Shown: positions 11,363 to 22,601, counted from the whole stretch's first letter. The stretch is DNA of 63,608 bases, filler included, from Hausera hauseri (GCA_046269625.1; 13 parts of 13 records of this genome joined end to end with filler, not necessarily neighbours in it), one strand, 5' to 3'. A program made the numbers and translations. Notes: generated by a model not told the origin, from the letters alone.

Positions 11363-12039
11363 TTGAATCGTTTTGAGAGGATTACGGGTCTTCCTTGCGT
11401 AATTGTTTTCATTTCGGTTTTAGTGTTCACATTCTGAAAATTTCTATAATCATGAAGATAAGACATTCACAACGTATGGATGGATATGTATTTTATATAG
11501 ATTATTAAGCTAAAAATCCTATATAAAAAGAATACAAAAATTAAGCAAAAACTATATACATGTTACTAAAAGTAGTAATTATTGATTGGCTTATTAGTTG
11601 TTTGAGTTATTTATTAATTTATTTTTTAGTGGATTATTTACATGGTTTGTTTCAATTTTTCTTTATTTTAGACATTTTAAACGCAGCATTGGAAATTAGA
11701 TAGGGATAAAAAGAAGAAGGATTTGTTGCGTGAAGCCTTGGAAAAGCGTATGTTAAATCGTTTCGAAAGAATCACGGGTGCTCCCTGTATGTTTTTTTAT
11801 TTGTTTACTGTTTTTTTAGAGTGCTCCGGCTAGTGAAAGTGTTAAGTACTTCCTTGGCTATAAGGAGAAAGGACCGGTTCAGAAATACTCCCCTGATAAT
11901 GCTTGCGACTCCTATACGCAGAAAAATATGTGAAACGTCTGTGCAGACTGGTAGTGACGCGGGTCCGTTTCTCTTTTCTTGTTTACCCGATAGTATTCTT
12001 TCTCGGTTACAATCGAAATATCGTAGTTGCGCAATAAAC

Positions 12040-12900
12040 ATGTTAAGTCATCCTGGGAGTCGTAATTTCAGGCATTTTCTTGCCGTTGGTTTGGTATCTT
12101 CTGTTAGGCCGTACGATATTTACCTATATTATGAGGATTATATAATAGAGAAATTCCGTTATTTTCTGGTTACAAAAGTAAGGGGTGGCGATGGCGTACT
12201 GTATTTTCATTCGACTTGTTATAACATAAATCCTATGCGTCTGGACAATTTCAAAAATGTGTTTAAACTCCAGTGGGTCATTCCTTTTACTGATGATTTG
12301 CAGTTCATATACCGTTCCCATGCTTTCGAGTGTGGCGACGATCTTTACTTTGTAAATTGGGGGGGGGGGTATGACCGGTAACTATTGTTGATAAGTGTTC
12401 GTTTGATGTTTTGTATAGGAATATGTCTGAGGCTCCTTTCCTCCAGACGGCTTTGAAGTTATGTACGATGGGAATCGGCGGGAATTCAGTAATTCGTATG
12501 GTTCCATCAGCAGGTTTATTGGGCAAAAATTTAGGCAAAAGACATCTTATCCGAAATCTTACGTGTTTCGAATACCCCCTGTTCAGTTTAATTTCAAAGC
12601 TCAGGTTATGTCTTGTATGATTTTCGGGTGTATCGGGTCTAGTAAGACCTCCTATGCCTTGTCTCATGAGGTCAATTCCCTAATTATTAATAACCTTAAT
12701 GAATTCCCGCCGATGTGGGATTTCCCGCATGATATAATTGTGTTTGACGATATATAATTTATATAAGCTTACTGATTTTGCTGCACTCTCACAAGCGGCA
12801 ACTTGTAAAGTTCTGTACCGCATTTTGTACTTTCCTGGAAATGTACTTAGGTTTTTTGTTTTAACAATGAATCGTTCTTTTGGCCAAAGGATCAGGATTC
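12040..12900 (+). mobile_element. degenerate geminivirus/genomovirus-like Rep (HUH endonuclease + SF3 helicase); endogenous CRESS-DNA viral element
   Basis: In order: motif I-like RHFLAV, motif II-like YFLVTKVRGGDGVLYFH, GRS-like NVFKL, GDDLYFVNWG, central helical domain, Walker A-like MIFGCIGSSKTSYA, Walker B IIVFDDI, and motif B'/C-like CKVLYRILYFPGNVLRFFV. Frameshifts near the G11 run (12359-12369) and after DDI. Confidence 0.6.
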
Positions 12901-13059
12901 CCTTAATCGGGATGCCTGTAATAGCAGAAGTCTTTTATTGCGGTTATGGAATAATAAGTTTTTTAACCCTGTTGAGGATGATATTGCTTGTGGGGGTCGT
13001 GAGCTCAACTTTCTGGAGATGGTAGCAGAGCAAAAGGCTATTTTGCGGTAATTTTTAGA

Positions 13060-13648
13060 TGCAATGGCAACCGTATAATTGTTTGTTTAATGGAAAAGGA
13101 AAACTTAGCAACAGTTCCAGCGACCTTAAAAACGGTTGCTGTCGATATTGCCCCGGTTGCTATGGTGAATGAAGTGCCTGCTGCTGGGTGTAGTTACCAC
13201 GTTGACCCTAGTTACGTGCTCCTAGCATCGGTTCCGGAGGGATCTTTGAATATCGATGCCGATGTTGTGTGCCATGACGAGATGAGTCAAAATGACCTCT
13301 CGATTGCCATGCCAACCGATACGTCCGATGTGCTTGGTTCGACATATCCTGGTTACGAGGTTCCGGTACCTTTTTTGTTGGTAACGATGTAATAACCATG
13401 TATGTTTACGTTGTAAAGGTAAAAAAAGTTGACCATAAGGTTGCCGTGGCAACCGATAGGTCGAATATTCGAATGGTGTGATCCCCTAGCTACAATTCCG
13501 AAGGGTCGAATTCAAGTTGCGAAATCATTACCGGGGTCATAGAAACTGCGACGGAAGTAACCAAAGAGGACTATTCGATTGCCATGGAAACCAATGGGTC
13601 CGAAATCGCGGGCTCGATATCGAAGGGCTTGACCGCCTCGACCATTAC
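13060..13648 (+). repeat. degenerate coding-type tandem repeat (GATTGCCATG..AACC..T..GTCCGA; peptide SIAM.T..S)
   Basis: Copies at ~13300, ~13440 and ~13575, with weaker ones at ~13062 and ~13155. Confidence 0.55.
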
Positions 13649-13748
13649 NNNNNNNNNNNNNNNNNNNNNNNNNNNNNNNNNNNNNNNNNNNNTTAATTAA
13701 TTAANNNNNNNNNNNNNNNNNNNNNNNNNNNNNNNNNNNNNNNNNNNN

Positions 13749-15310
13749 ATGCACCTGTGAAATGGCAGTGATCCTTGACTTTCCAATTTTCCTTGGTGAA
13801 GGACTTGTCACACAAGTAGCATGATATTGCCTTGTGCCATTCTTGTTCTTGTATCCAAGACATGCTCATGTCGTACTTATGCTGCTGCAACATATCGCCA
13901 AGTCTATGAGCCATGTCTTCAAGTCTCTTCATGAAATGTGCTGCTGCACCTAGACCCCTGAATAGATATGGTTCACTGTCCAATCCTTTGGCATACATAC
14001 AATACTATGATATTTCGTGATATTGGTATGCCGTTGTACTGCTATGTTGACGACTGGAACTGAATGTATGAATTGTCCTAAGAATGGCTTCAAAGTCGCA
14101 ATAGATGACAATTGGGATCTGGATCTTCTCGAATTCTTTAAATTCGATATAGTCCTCTTTGGGAAATTCTGACCTTACACAATAATTGTTGTTACAGTAT
14201 TTCTTATGCTCTTTAAGGTTGTCCACGGCTTCTCCACCACTGAAATAGGACAAGCATCGTTTGCATATTTCGATTCCGTGTTCATGATTTTTTATTTGTG
14301 ATCTGACTAGACGCTCAAAATTCTTTATCCAAACATAATATTTCTTATCACCGTTGTCTAGTAGGAGCAGATTCCTATGATCTTCCAATGCACCATCACA
14401 TATTTGTAATGGGTAGAATTTGTCCTCCTGATTGAATCCAAAGATATTGACGGACATGTTGTTGATGCGGCTGAACTTCTTGATTTTATCTATGGATGCA
14501 GGGAATGTGATTGACTGAAAGTCATAGTTGTGTTGGAGATCATTATATAGTGAAACACGGTAAGCATGATTTACATACATTACGAGTTTTGATAGAATGG
14601 CATATATGAAGCACATGTTGTCATTGTTTTGAACATTGACGCATGCTTTCTTATTAACAATCCATTCCGGAAGCTGTATATATGAACTGCCTCGCATGGG
14701 GGAGTATCTGTGTACATATATAAGCAGTCTCTTGATTGTTGCCAGAGCCCATCCACTCTTCTTATCCTGGCTCTCATCGGCTTCACGGATCAGCGTCGTA
14801 TGCTCTTCATGCAGTTATTCAGCTATAATTGTGTTTTTTAATATGGGCCTATTTTTGGTCTTAAAGGTCTTATTTGATTCTTCAGCATCGACATTGACGT
14901 ATGTGGCCTCAAGTTTCATATTAACCTTAAGGGCCTTGAGCTCAGTTATATTGTCCTGGAGGATCCTCTCTGTTTCTTCCTTTGCATATTCCAAAAACTC
15001 CTTGATGGTTCTTTGCCCAGCTGCATCAATGACATATTTGCTGACTTTTTTTAATGCAGCAGCATCTACTGGCCTCTGTCTTTGGCTTTTTGATGGAGCC
15101 GCTACACCGGCATCTGAGGGGCCTGATGGGCGTTTTACTTTTGCGGGCTGTACTGCGGACTGTACTATGGACTGCATTGCGGATTGTACTGTAAATTGCA
15201 TTGAGGACTGTACTGCGGACTGTGCAACTGGCCTATGCTCATTAAATATGATCTTCTTGGATTTTGGTGCTAAATCAGTCAGATGATTCTTATGATATTC
15301 ATAGAACTGT
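13749..15310 (-). pseudogene. Polinton/adintovirus-type protein-primed PolB, N-terminal part (subfamily A)
   Basis: SGWALATIKRL..KYSPMRGSSYIQLPEWIVNKKACVNVQNNDNMCFIYAIL; CKRC..H..YC zinc finger; IVIYCDFE exonuclease motif I; CYLC..KVKDHCHFTG endonuclease-VII-like insert. Confidence 0.9.
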
Positions 15311-15415
15311 GTGTGGTGCCCGCATCGATGATTCACCCTCGGCCCATTCGGTCGGGCATGGCCGGGTTTTCTGCTGCCCACGTGTCGGGCACATAGGCGG
15401 GTCCCGATTTTCCGC
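15307..15415 (-). repeat. second copy of the left arm of the GC-rich element at 6979-7081
   Basis: Reverse complement reads ATCGGGACCCGCCTATGTGCCCGA..CCCGGC..CCGAATGGGC..GAGGG..TCGATGCGGGCACCACACA, colinear with 6983-7080. Confidence 0.85.
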
Positions 15416-16006
15416 CTTGAAAATATCAACAACTCAAGCCATCATGAATATATTTTCCAGCATAACATGGCAACGGATGGGAATTTTCTATTCGTGTTGG
15501 ACAGCTATACAGTCGATTATCGTCAATTGTTACAAGCTTATTCGAGTATCGTATTGAGTTCGTTATGCCTTATATCCGTAATACATTCGGTGCTGCTACG
15601 ATTTCCAAGACGGTTTCAATTCCCGACGAATTGGATATTACATGTCATTGTGGTTGTCAGTGCAGAAACCATTATAGCACTACCATCTATGCAAACGTTT
15701 AAAATGACCTCTCAACGAATTGGGCTTACGCAATAATATCTGAAGGGATACCTAAACCCACGTTCTGTTACACAGTTTAAGTAATATTAATGGTCATGAT
15801 TTATCTTAGTCTTCGAAAAAAAAGTCAGTACCAAAAACCAAACTTTAGAGCGAAAAGTTATAACGACAAAAAACTATTCGTTGAACGAAACGTGTGAGTA
15901 CAACCAAATTTATTGTTAAAAATAAAAGCATGGATTCGAACCGTGGAAACATTGCATCGAAACCGGGAATATTAAAATTTTAACAGCCGATAGTCACGAA
16001 GTAAGT

Positions 16007-17503
16007 ATGGAAATGTCAACCAGTAAAGTGATGAAAATTACGAAATTTTTTCCTGATGATAAAAGCAAAGTTGTTCAAACTCTATACGAACCGAATGAAA
16101 CGTGTAAATCGGTATTATCGGATAATAATAGCCAAAAAGATTCTGACGAACCAGAAGAAAAAGTCATTCGAATAATCCCAACAACAGACGATTGCCCAAT
16201 TGAGAATAACATTATCGTTAAAACGGATTCTTCATCTGATGACAAACCAACTACCGAGGAGAATATCCTCTTTTACAAGCCGGATTCTGATGAATTCAAG
16301 CCGGTTGATGAAAATTCAACAAATAACGCCGGTGACTCATCGTATCAGCCGGATTCACCCAGTGATAAAAGCGATTACTCCTCAAAATCTTTATCTAAAG
16401 GTCCGACAGATTCATCGATAATGGCGCAGTTCAATCAAATAGCCCGGGCCAGAAAGACAACAGTACCCCGATGTAGGAGAACTGTATTACCGCACAAAAC
16501 AACAACACCACGCTACATGACTCAACCGGTTATTTCCGACAAACCTGGTAGCTCCGAATCACTCAGAGACCCGGATAATTTAAATTCATGCGATGCTGCA
16601 TGCACAAGTAGCGCACAAGATATGGCTTCTCTTCCGATGGAGGGTAAAAATAAATTCACGTTCGAAATTCATGGCCACGAATATCCAAATTTAAACAAAT
16701 ACTCTAGAACTCTGTCTGGAACAACAACATCCGCTCGGGATCTATTGGATACGTTAGAAAACGTTCCACTTCGACGAGAAACAGCCTTGGATGCTGATAA
16801 CAAATCAGACCGCAGTGCATACAGTGAAGACCTTTCAGCTAGTCCGGAGAATCTGTCCAGTGCTGTTTTCTCCGATGAAATAAAATTCGCCGGAAAACTC
16901 AGTGCCAAAACCGAACGACACATGTCGGGCGGGTCTCTTAGCGGTGCACAGAATTCTGGTAGAACGTTACAAACGAGTCTTCCGGGTACGTTGAAAAAAT
17001 CTGTACCCCAACACATTCGAATTCATAGTGACGAAGTTAAACCCCAACCAGAATCCATTGCAGATTTGACTTCCGATTATTTAAGTCGAAAAATTTCGAA
17101 AAGTGATAAAAAGGACACGGATCTTTTACAGTCGACTCAGTTGAGCTCGAGAGTTTCACCATTTAGACACGGCATTGAAACCGTTGGTTTCGATACTGCT
17201 GTGTTGAGATCGCCAAGTGCTTTGGCTCTTATGAAATCGACATTAAATCGAAGCAGATCTGGAATTGCAAATGTTTCACCTAATCAGAGATCAACAGAAT
17301 TGAGTTGCAATGATTCAGCAGATAGAAATAAAATTGAAGGAGGTATAAATTTATGCTTTTTAATTATTTTTATTTTGTTATGTCTACTTTGTCCTCCTTT
17401 ATGTTGCATTTTAATGGAGAAGGTAAAAATTGTAAAGACAAGTCTATTAATTATATCAATCAGTGTAAAAGAACAAAACAACTATGGACGGATAGCACCC
17501 TGA
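16007..17503 (+). CDS. large Ser/Asp/Thr-rich, probably disordered host exon of unknown function
   Basis: 498 stop-free codons in AT-rich DNA. Likely splice donor GAG|GTATAA at ~17344, after which the ORF tail looks intronic. No domain recognised. Confidence 0.55.
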   Translation: MEMSTSKVMKITKFFPDDKSKVVQTLYEPNETCKSVLSDNNSQKDSDEPEEKVIRIIPTTDDCPIENNIIVKTDSSSDDKPTTEENILFYKPDSDEFKPVDENSTNNAGDSSYQPDSPSDKSDYSSKSLSKGPTDSSIMAQFNQIARARKTTVPRCRRTVLPHKTTTPRYMTQPVISDKPGSSESLRDPDNLNSCDAACTSSAQDMASLPMEGKNKFTFEIHGHEYPNLNKYSRTLSGTTTSARDLLDTLENVPLRRETALDADNKSDRSAYSEDLSASPENLSSAVFSDEIKFAGKLSAKTERHMSGGSLSGAQNSGRTLQTSLPGTLKKSVPQHIRIHSDEVKPQPESIADLTSDYLSRKISKSDKKDTDLLQSTQLSSRVSPFRHGIETVGFDTAVLRSPSALALMKSTLNRSRSGIANVSPNQRSTELSCNDSADRNKIEGGINLCFLIIFILLCLLCPPLCCILMEKVKIVKTSLLIISISVKEQNNYGRIAP

Positions 17504-18114
17504 TGTATTCTAAAATTGAAGGTCAAAGACTTTTGTCGGTATTGGTTCTGCAATACCGAAATTTTGCTAAATGATTGAACATTTCTTTTATCAATGAAAC
17601 ATAAATGAAATATTAGTGGATCATTATTATTTAACAAGGGAACTATCATTGTAATGATATACATCTAACAGTGAAAATATTCATGTACATAGATAATGTC
17701 ATAGGGATGTCATATCTACAATCAGAAAGTGCTGAGAATGAAAATATGAAGAACTGAGGGACAATAAATATTTCACGGATTCTGTGTCAGACAACAAAAA
17801 ATTAATACAAATTTTGCTTAATTTTGAATGTATATAGTTAAATTATGATATGCACATATACATGTCACTAAAATATCAACAGCACATCCAATTGCTGGAA
17901 AATGTATTTTACAAAATGTCTAACAAAATATCCATGGAAATGACATTTACATGGTTCGGCCATTAAGTAATTAGACTCGACAAGAAATAATTGACATAAA
18001 AATGATATTTCAGGTGATCATACTTAAATATATATAGATAATGAAAAGTGTTTTTGTTTTTCTAAATTACTTTTGTTTTGACAAAAATTGCTCTATTTCA
18101 ATATTTCGTCATAA

Positions 18115-18247
18115 AATGCCAGATAATGTTGAGTTTCGAAGCGTCATAAAGTTTCTGATTTTGAAGAAAACTAGCAGCCAAGAAATTATTGCACAACCGC
18201 AGGACGTTTACAAGAGTGAGTGCCCTTGTGATAAGTTTATAGATTAA
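18115..18247 (+). mobile_element. mariner transposase N-terminal HTH fragment
   Basis: MPDNVEFRSVIKFLILKKTSSQEIIAQPQDVYKSECP fits the Mos1-type E.R.VIKF....EI...L..VYG pattern. Confidence 0.65.
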
Positions 18248-18432
18248 GATTATTTGTCTTACGACCTAAAAACTTATGCTGTTACTTTGGACTAAATAAA
18301 GTCTAGGGTTTCTCCTTCCCACTAGACCAGAANNNNNNNNNNNNNNNNNNNNNNNNNNNNNNNNNNNNNNNNNNNNTTAATTAATTAANNNNNNNNNNNN
18401 NNNNNNNNNNNNNNNNNNNNNNNNNNNNNNNN

Positions 18433-18620
18433 CACGACAAGTATTTCCTCACAACCAAGCCTACTTGATAGATGCATGTCATGATGCTACGAACAAACCG
18501 TATGGATATCTATTTATTAACTTTACACAACAGTGTCCCGATGACATGCGTGTGCAAACAGACATTTTCAATGTGAAAGGTGTATGTGTATATAAACAAA
18601 TTCGAAAATCGACGACATGA
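18433..18620 (+). CDS. Polinton A32/FtsK-like packaging ATPase, C-terminal end
   Basis: RQVFPHNQAYLIDACHDATNKPYGYLFINFTQQCPDDMRVQTDIF matches the Polinton ATPase tail AT..PYGYL.ID....R.RT.IF. Confidence 0.8.
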
Positions 18621-18814
18621 TTATGATAAAAAACGAAATGAAGAATTTCCGAAAAAGAATTGTTAAACGTAAACAATCTACTACTAAGCAGATGTCTGGA
18701 GGCAAGAAACGCGTATCAAAACGAACCACCGCTACAGTCAAGCGATTAATCAATTCTGTGCTTCGTCGAACAACAACGAGACACAAATTACCGTCTCAAT
18801 GGCAACGGTTATAA
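18617..18814 (+). CDS. small Arg/Lys/Thr-rich protein, candidate virion core DNA-condensing protein
   Basis: 65 aa, very basic. Contains MSGG|K, which fits the adenain-type cleavage consensus (M/L/I)xGG. ATG overlaps the ATPase stop (ATGA). Confidence 0.5.
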   Translation: MIMIKNEMKNFRKRIVKRKQSTTKQMSGGKKRVSKRTTATVKRLINSVLRRTTTRHKLPSQWQRL

Positions 18815-18854
18815 ACAACTACGACTCATCAGCATCAATACGTCCACAAAAAGC

Positions 18855-19190
18855 ATGAGATTCAAACGTAGTCAGCCGAACTTTATTGCTTTGCTCAAGG
18901 CATTTATGAGACATAAGCGAAACATGTTGCTATCATTCCCACAGTTTGTAGTAGACGATTTAATGGAAATTTTATACAATATCGTTGTGGGCCACGTTGA
19001 CATCGGTAGTGGAAAGCGAAATTTACTAAAGTATCGAAAACGACTCATTGGCCTTCCCAACGACCGTAGTAAACGACTGAAACGAGAAGTCATATACCAG
19101 AAAGACGGTGGATTCCTTGGTGCAATTCTACCGATTGTCACGTCATTACTGGGTGGACTCATTGGTTCTGCAGCACAGTATAAACAATGA
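18855..19190 (+). CDS. Polinton small core protein with C-terminal amphipathic helix (adenovirus protein VI-like)
   Basis: LMEILYNIVVGHV..QKDGGFLGAILPIVTSLLGGLIG has the Q.GGFL..L.P motif typical of Polinton/adintovirus small proteins. Confidence 0.7.
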   Translation: MRFKRSQPNFIALLKAFMRHKRNMLLSFPQFVVDDLMEILYNIVVGHVDIGSGKRNLLKYRKRLIGLPNDRSKRLKREVIYQKDGGFLGAILPIVTSLLGGLIGSAAQYKQ

Positions 19191-19289
19191 CGGTAAGTAT
19201 GTTATTATTCGGCGATATTGGTGCAAGGTTTTCATCATTTCGCCCCAGTTTACCGAATTTTTCATTTTCGTTTGGTTCAAATTGTTGTA

Positions 19290-20337
19290 ATGCAAGCAAA
19301 ACCGGTATCATCGACGACAACGATGGGTGACGTGTGGTTCGACCCGCATCATCCCGTCGGTTATATTGGCGTCGACAAACTGGCAAAGACCCCGATTTTG
19401 GATTGGGAAAGAGTTAGCATACAGCCTAAACAAACCGATAAAAAGGCAGTCTCCAACTCGTGCATACCATGCTGCCGGTGTAAATAACGTATGGCAAATG
19501 GATCTGATAGAAATGATTTTGTACGCCAGTATCAACGATGGGTATCGGTACGTGTTGACATGCGTTGATGTGTTTAGTCGTTTTGCACGTGCAATTGGTA
19601 TGAAATTTAAATCCGGTAAAGAGATTGCCGACACTGTTTAGACACTGATGCAACAATAACAACAAGAACAACAACCGAAGCATTTACAAACGGATTCGGG
19701 TAAGGAATTCTACAACGCCCAAGTTGCAGCGGTCTTCAAGCGGTTCGATGTAAACCACTACTCGGTGTTTTCACAATACAAGGCTGCACTCGTTGAACGA
19801 TTTAATCGAACATTTCGCGGTCGGCTAAACAAATTCTTCACAGAAAATGGCAAAAAACGCTGGGTAAATGTACTGCCGGATATTATTTATGCACACAATC
19901 ATTCGACACATCCTGGCATCAATGGATTACGGCCGGTTGACGTAATCGATAATTTGGACATGTGGCTTTATCAAAACCGACGGCTACGACCAACTAAACA
20001 CCAAAAATAAAAAATCGGTAATTATGTACGTATTTTAAAAATAAGTACAACGCTATTCATTAAAAATTTCAATAAGAACTGGAGCAATGAGGTTTTCCGC
20101 ATTTCGGCAATCAACACAAAACAAACACATGTAACGTACATTTTAGAGAATTAAAACGGCGAGGAAATACGCGGTAAATTCTATAAACAGGAACTGCAGG
20201 TACTGCCCGAGAAACCCGATGTATATAGTATTCAGGAAATTATACGTTCACGCGGCAAAGTTTCGAATAAACAATATCTCATCAAGTGGCACGGATACAC
20301 TACACCAAGTTGGATTTTTGCATCGCAGATTGAGTGA
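19290..20337 (+). pseudogene. Polinton retroviral-like (c-)integrase with C-terminal chromo-like domain
   Basis: WFDPHHPVGYIG; WQMDLIEM..YRYVLTCVDVFSRFA; HLQTDSGKEFYN; VERFNRT; NWSNEVF; IRGKFYKQELQ; YLIKWHGY. Several stops and a frameshift. Confidence 0.92.
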
Positions 20338-21395
20338 TGAGCATTTACTTGGTACTTGATAGTAGCAGATCATTATCACAACATGACGAAAATGACAACA
20401 ATACCGTTAGGCAGTTTACCGTGCATTTGGACCAACCGGTCTATTTACACCATAGATCCTGGGAAGTGGCTTTGACGGAATTCACATTTACATTTTCACC
20501 AATGACAATGGCAGAACAGTGGTATTTACTTTACCCTACAAGAAACATACTCTATTTCAAGTCGTTTGTGGACAATCCGACACAATAACCGACATATTCT
20601 TTGCAAATTCGCGAGAAAATTTCTCGGTTTATGCTTATTTTTCAAACAACTGTATGAAACTAATGCATCGAAGTCCCATTGAAATGCAGTTTAATTCTAT
20701 AGATGATGCTCAGACATGGGGTTTTTAATCAGTCAATGTACGCTCAAAACGTCTACAGCTAGGTGGAAATGTTATAATTGGTGAAAAATTGGACCTTTTA
20801 TCCAATGCGGAATCCGATATTATAGTAACGTGGACTAAGTCAGAATCAGTCTTCCGCTCATTATACCACACAATTTATTATTGGAAACAGAACTGGAATT
20901 GTCTGAGTACGTCAAGAAAACGGCTACATTAGCCGTAAAAACATGTGAAATAAACGCAGATGGTCATATTTCGATTATACTACATGACAAGGTTACGTAT
21001 TTTGCCTTTGATGAATTATTGGCTCGGAATCTGGGTTTTTCACAACGCGAGTTCTATCAAAACATTGTTGTACGATCTATTGTTGCCAAATACAAACCAC
21101 AACTCTATGGAGCATTTCACCGAATGAACATTTTAACGGACTTAACCGAATCCGTACTTGTTGGTGGAGAACGCAAACAACTGCTGGCTTCTATCGAACT
21201 GAATTCTAACACGTACAAAGCATCATCGGGTGAAACTGTTCGAGCTATTATGTTCAGACCCATGTACTTATCATTGTCTCACAATATTGTGCACAGTTTT
21301 CCGTGTATATGCTTGATGAATTTTGGAAACCCATTAAATATCTGTTTGGGTCAACGACGCACTTGACGTTACATTTTCGACGTCGTAAACGTTGA
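20337..21395 (+). pseudogene. Polinton minor capsid (penton, PX-like) copy 1
   Basis: MSIYLVLDSSRS..NTVRQFTVHLDQPVYL..WEVALTEF; ILTDLTESVLVGGERKQLL; C-terminal TLHFRRR. Confidence 0.8.
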
Positions 21396-21410
21396 TAATA
21401 AACAAACTGC

Positions 21411-21440
21411 GTCATCACCATCATCATCATCATCATCATC
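21411..21440. repeat. (CAT)n microsatellite in the spacer between the two minor capsid genes
   Basis: TCATCACCATCATCATCATCATCATCATC. Confidence 0.9.
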
Positions 21441-21446
21441 GAGATC

Positions 21447-22449
21447 ATGAGTATTTACATGATGTTGCCGAGCAAGAGTTGTCCGACGACTCGTCCGAAC
21501 AATTCCGCCAGTGAATACTTTCCATGTCCACCGGTGGCATTGAAAAGTAGTATAAAATAATGTACAGTAAGACTGTTCGTGAAACCAAAACACATTCTTG
21601 TCCTCTGACACTTATGAACAATAAAATAACAGTTGAAGAATCGGCCATTTGCACGACCGAAACAGATTCCGGTTCACACGGCAAAATCGGTGTTTATATT
21701 TTAGAGGAAAACTTAGTTTTTATGGCAAATTTTGAATTTACTGTTACTTTTCCATCCTCTGAGATGACGCAGAAATTTGGATTCAAAAATACAGAGTACA
21801 AAGATAATCATATTAAAAGTGAAAATATAGTTGCGCCAAGATTAAATCCCATATATTACAAGACAACGGTGAAATTTACCTATACAACATGAAGGGTGTC
21901 AACGTCATACGTATCGATTGGAGACAATGTCTATTGTGAATCTGTAGCACAACTCTGTCAAAACTTTTCAAATCAAAAGTACAAGGCTATATTTAAAGTT
22001 TTCGAGTAAGATGCGAATGGCTACGATAAATTTGAACTGGCTAAGGATATTGTCGACATTTCATTGGACAGAGCTTTGGCCATGTTATTGGGTTTTGAAA
22101 AACAGCGGTTTGCAGCGGCGGCGGTACATGTTGCAACACTCAAACCCAAATTGAAAACGGACTAAGTCAAATGTACATTTATGTGAATGTCACCGAACCG
22201 ATTTTGGTCGGTGGAGTACGTGTACCGCTACTCCGTGCAATTTATTTGGAAAGCAGCAAGTATACTACTGGCGACAATGTCACTGTCAAGCTCGATAATC
22301 CAGTGTACCTATCTGTGGCATCTATATCTATAAACAATGTTGAAGTGAATATCCGATGTGACGCGGGCTACCTTACTGAATTTACGTACGATATCACAAC
22401 CAGTCTAACTCTTCATTTCCGTCGAATCCAACAACAACAACATGATTGA
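21447..22449 (+). pseudogene. Polinton minor capsid (penton, PX-like) copy 2
   Basis: MSIYMMLPSKSCP; LAMLLGF; MYIYVNVTEPILVGGVRVPLLRAI..PVYLSV..INNVEVNIR..SLTLHFRR. Confidence 0.82.
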
Positions 22450-22601
22450 TACTGAAATCGTTTCCATTAACAGTAAACGGACGATAACATTGACATTCAA
22501 TTCAACATTGTGGCGTCAGACAATGAATACCTGGATTTGAACGATACGCTACTCTATGTAAAAGTCATTGTTAAAAAAGATGCATCAACGGTTCTCGCTG
22601 C
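22442..22601 (+). pseudogene. Polinton major capsid (double jelly-roll, PY) N-terminus, cut by contig end
   Basis: NEYLDLNDTLLYVKVIVKKD fits the MCP pattern Y.DL..T.L.VK..I.K.D and lies directly after the minor capsid. Confidence 0.65.

Noticed and set aside
14636-15286. 216-aa plus-strand ORF
   Set aside because: Antisense shadow of PolB and its 12-bp repeat.
18433-22601. Joining the virion module to a particular PolB contig as one complete Polinton
   Set aside because: They lie on separate contigs with no TIRs or overlaps seen, so linkage cannot be shown.
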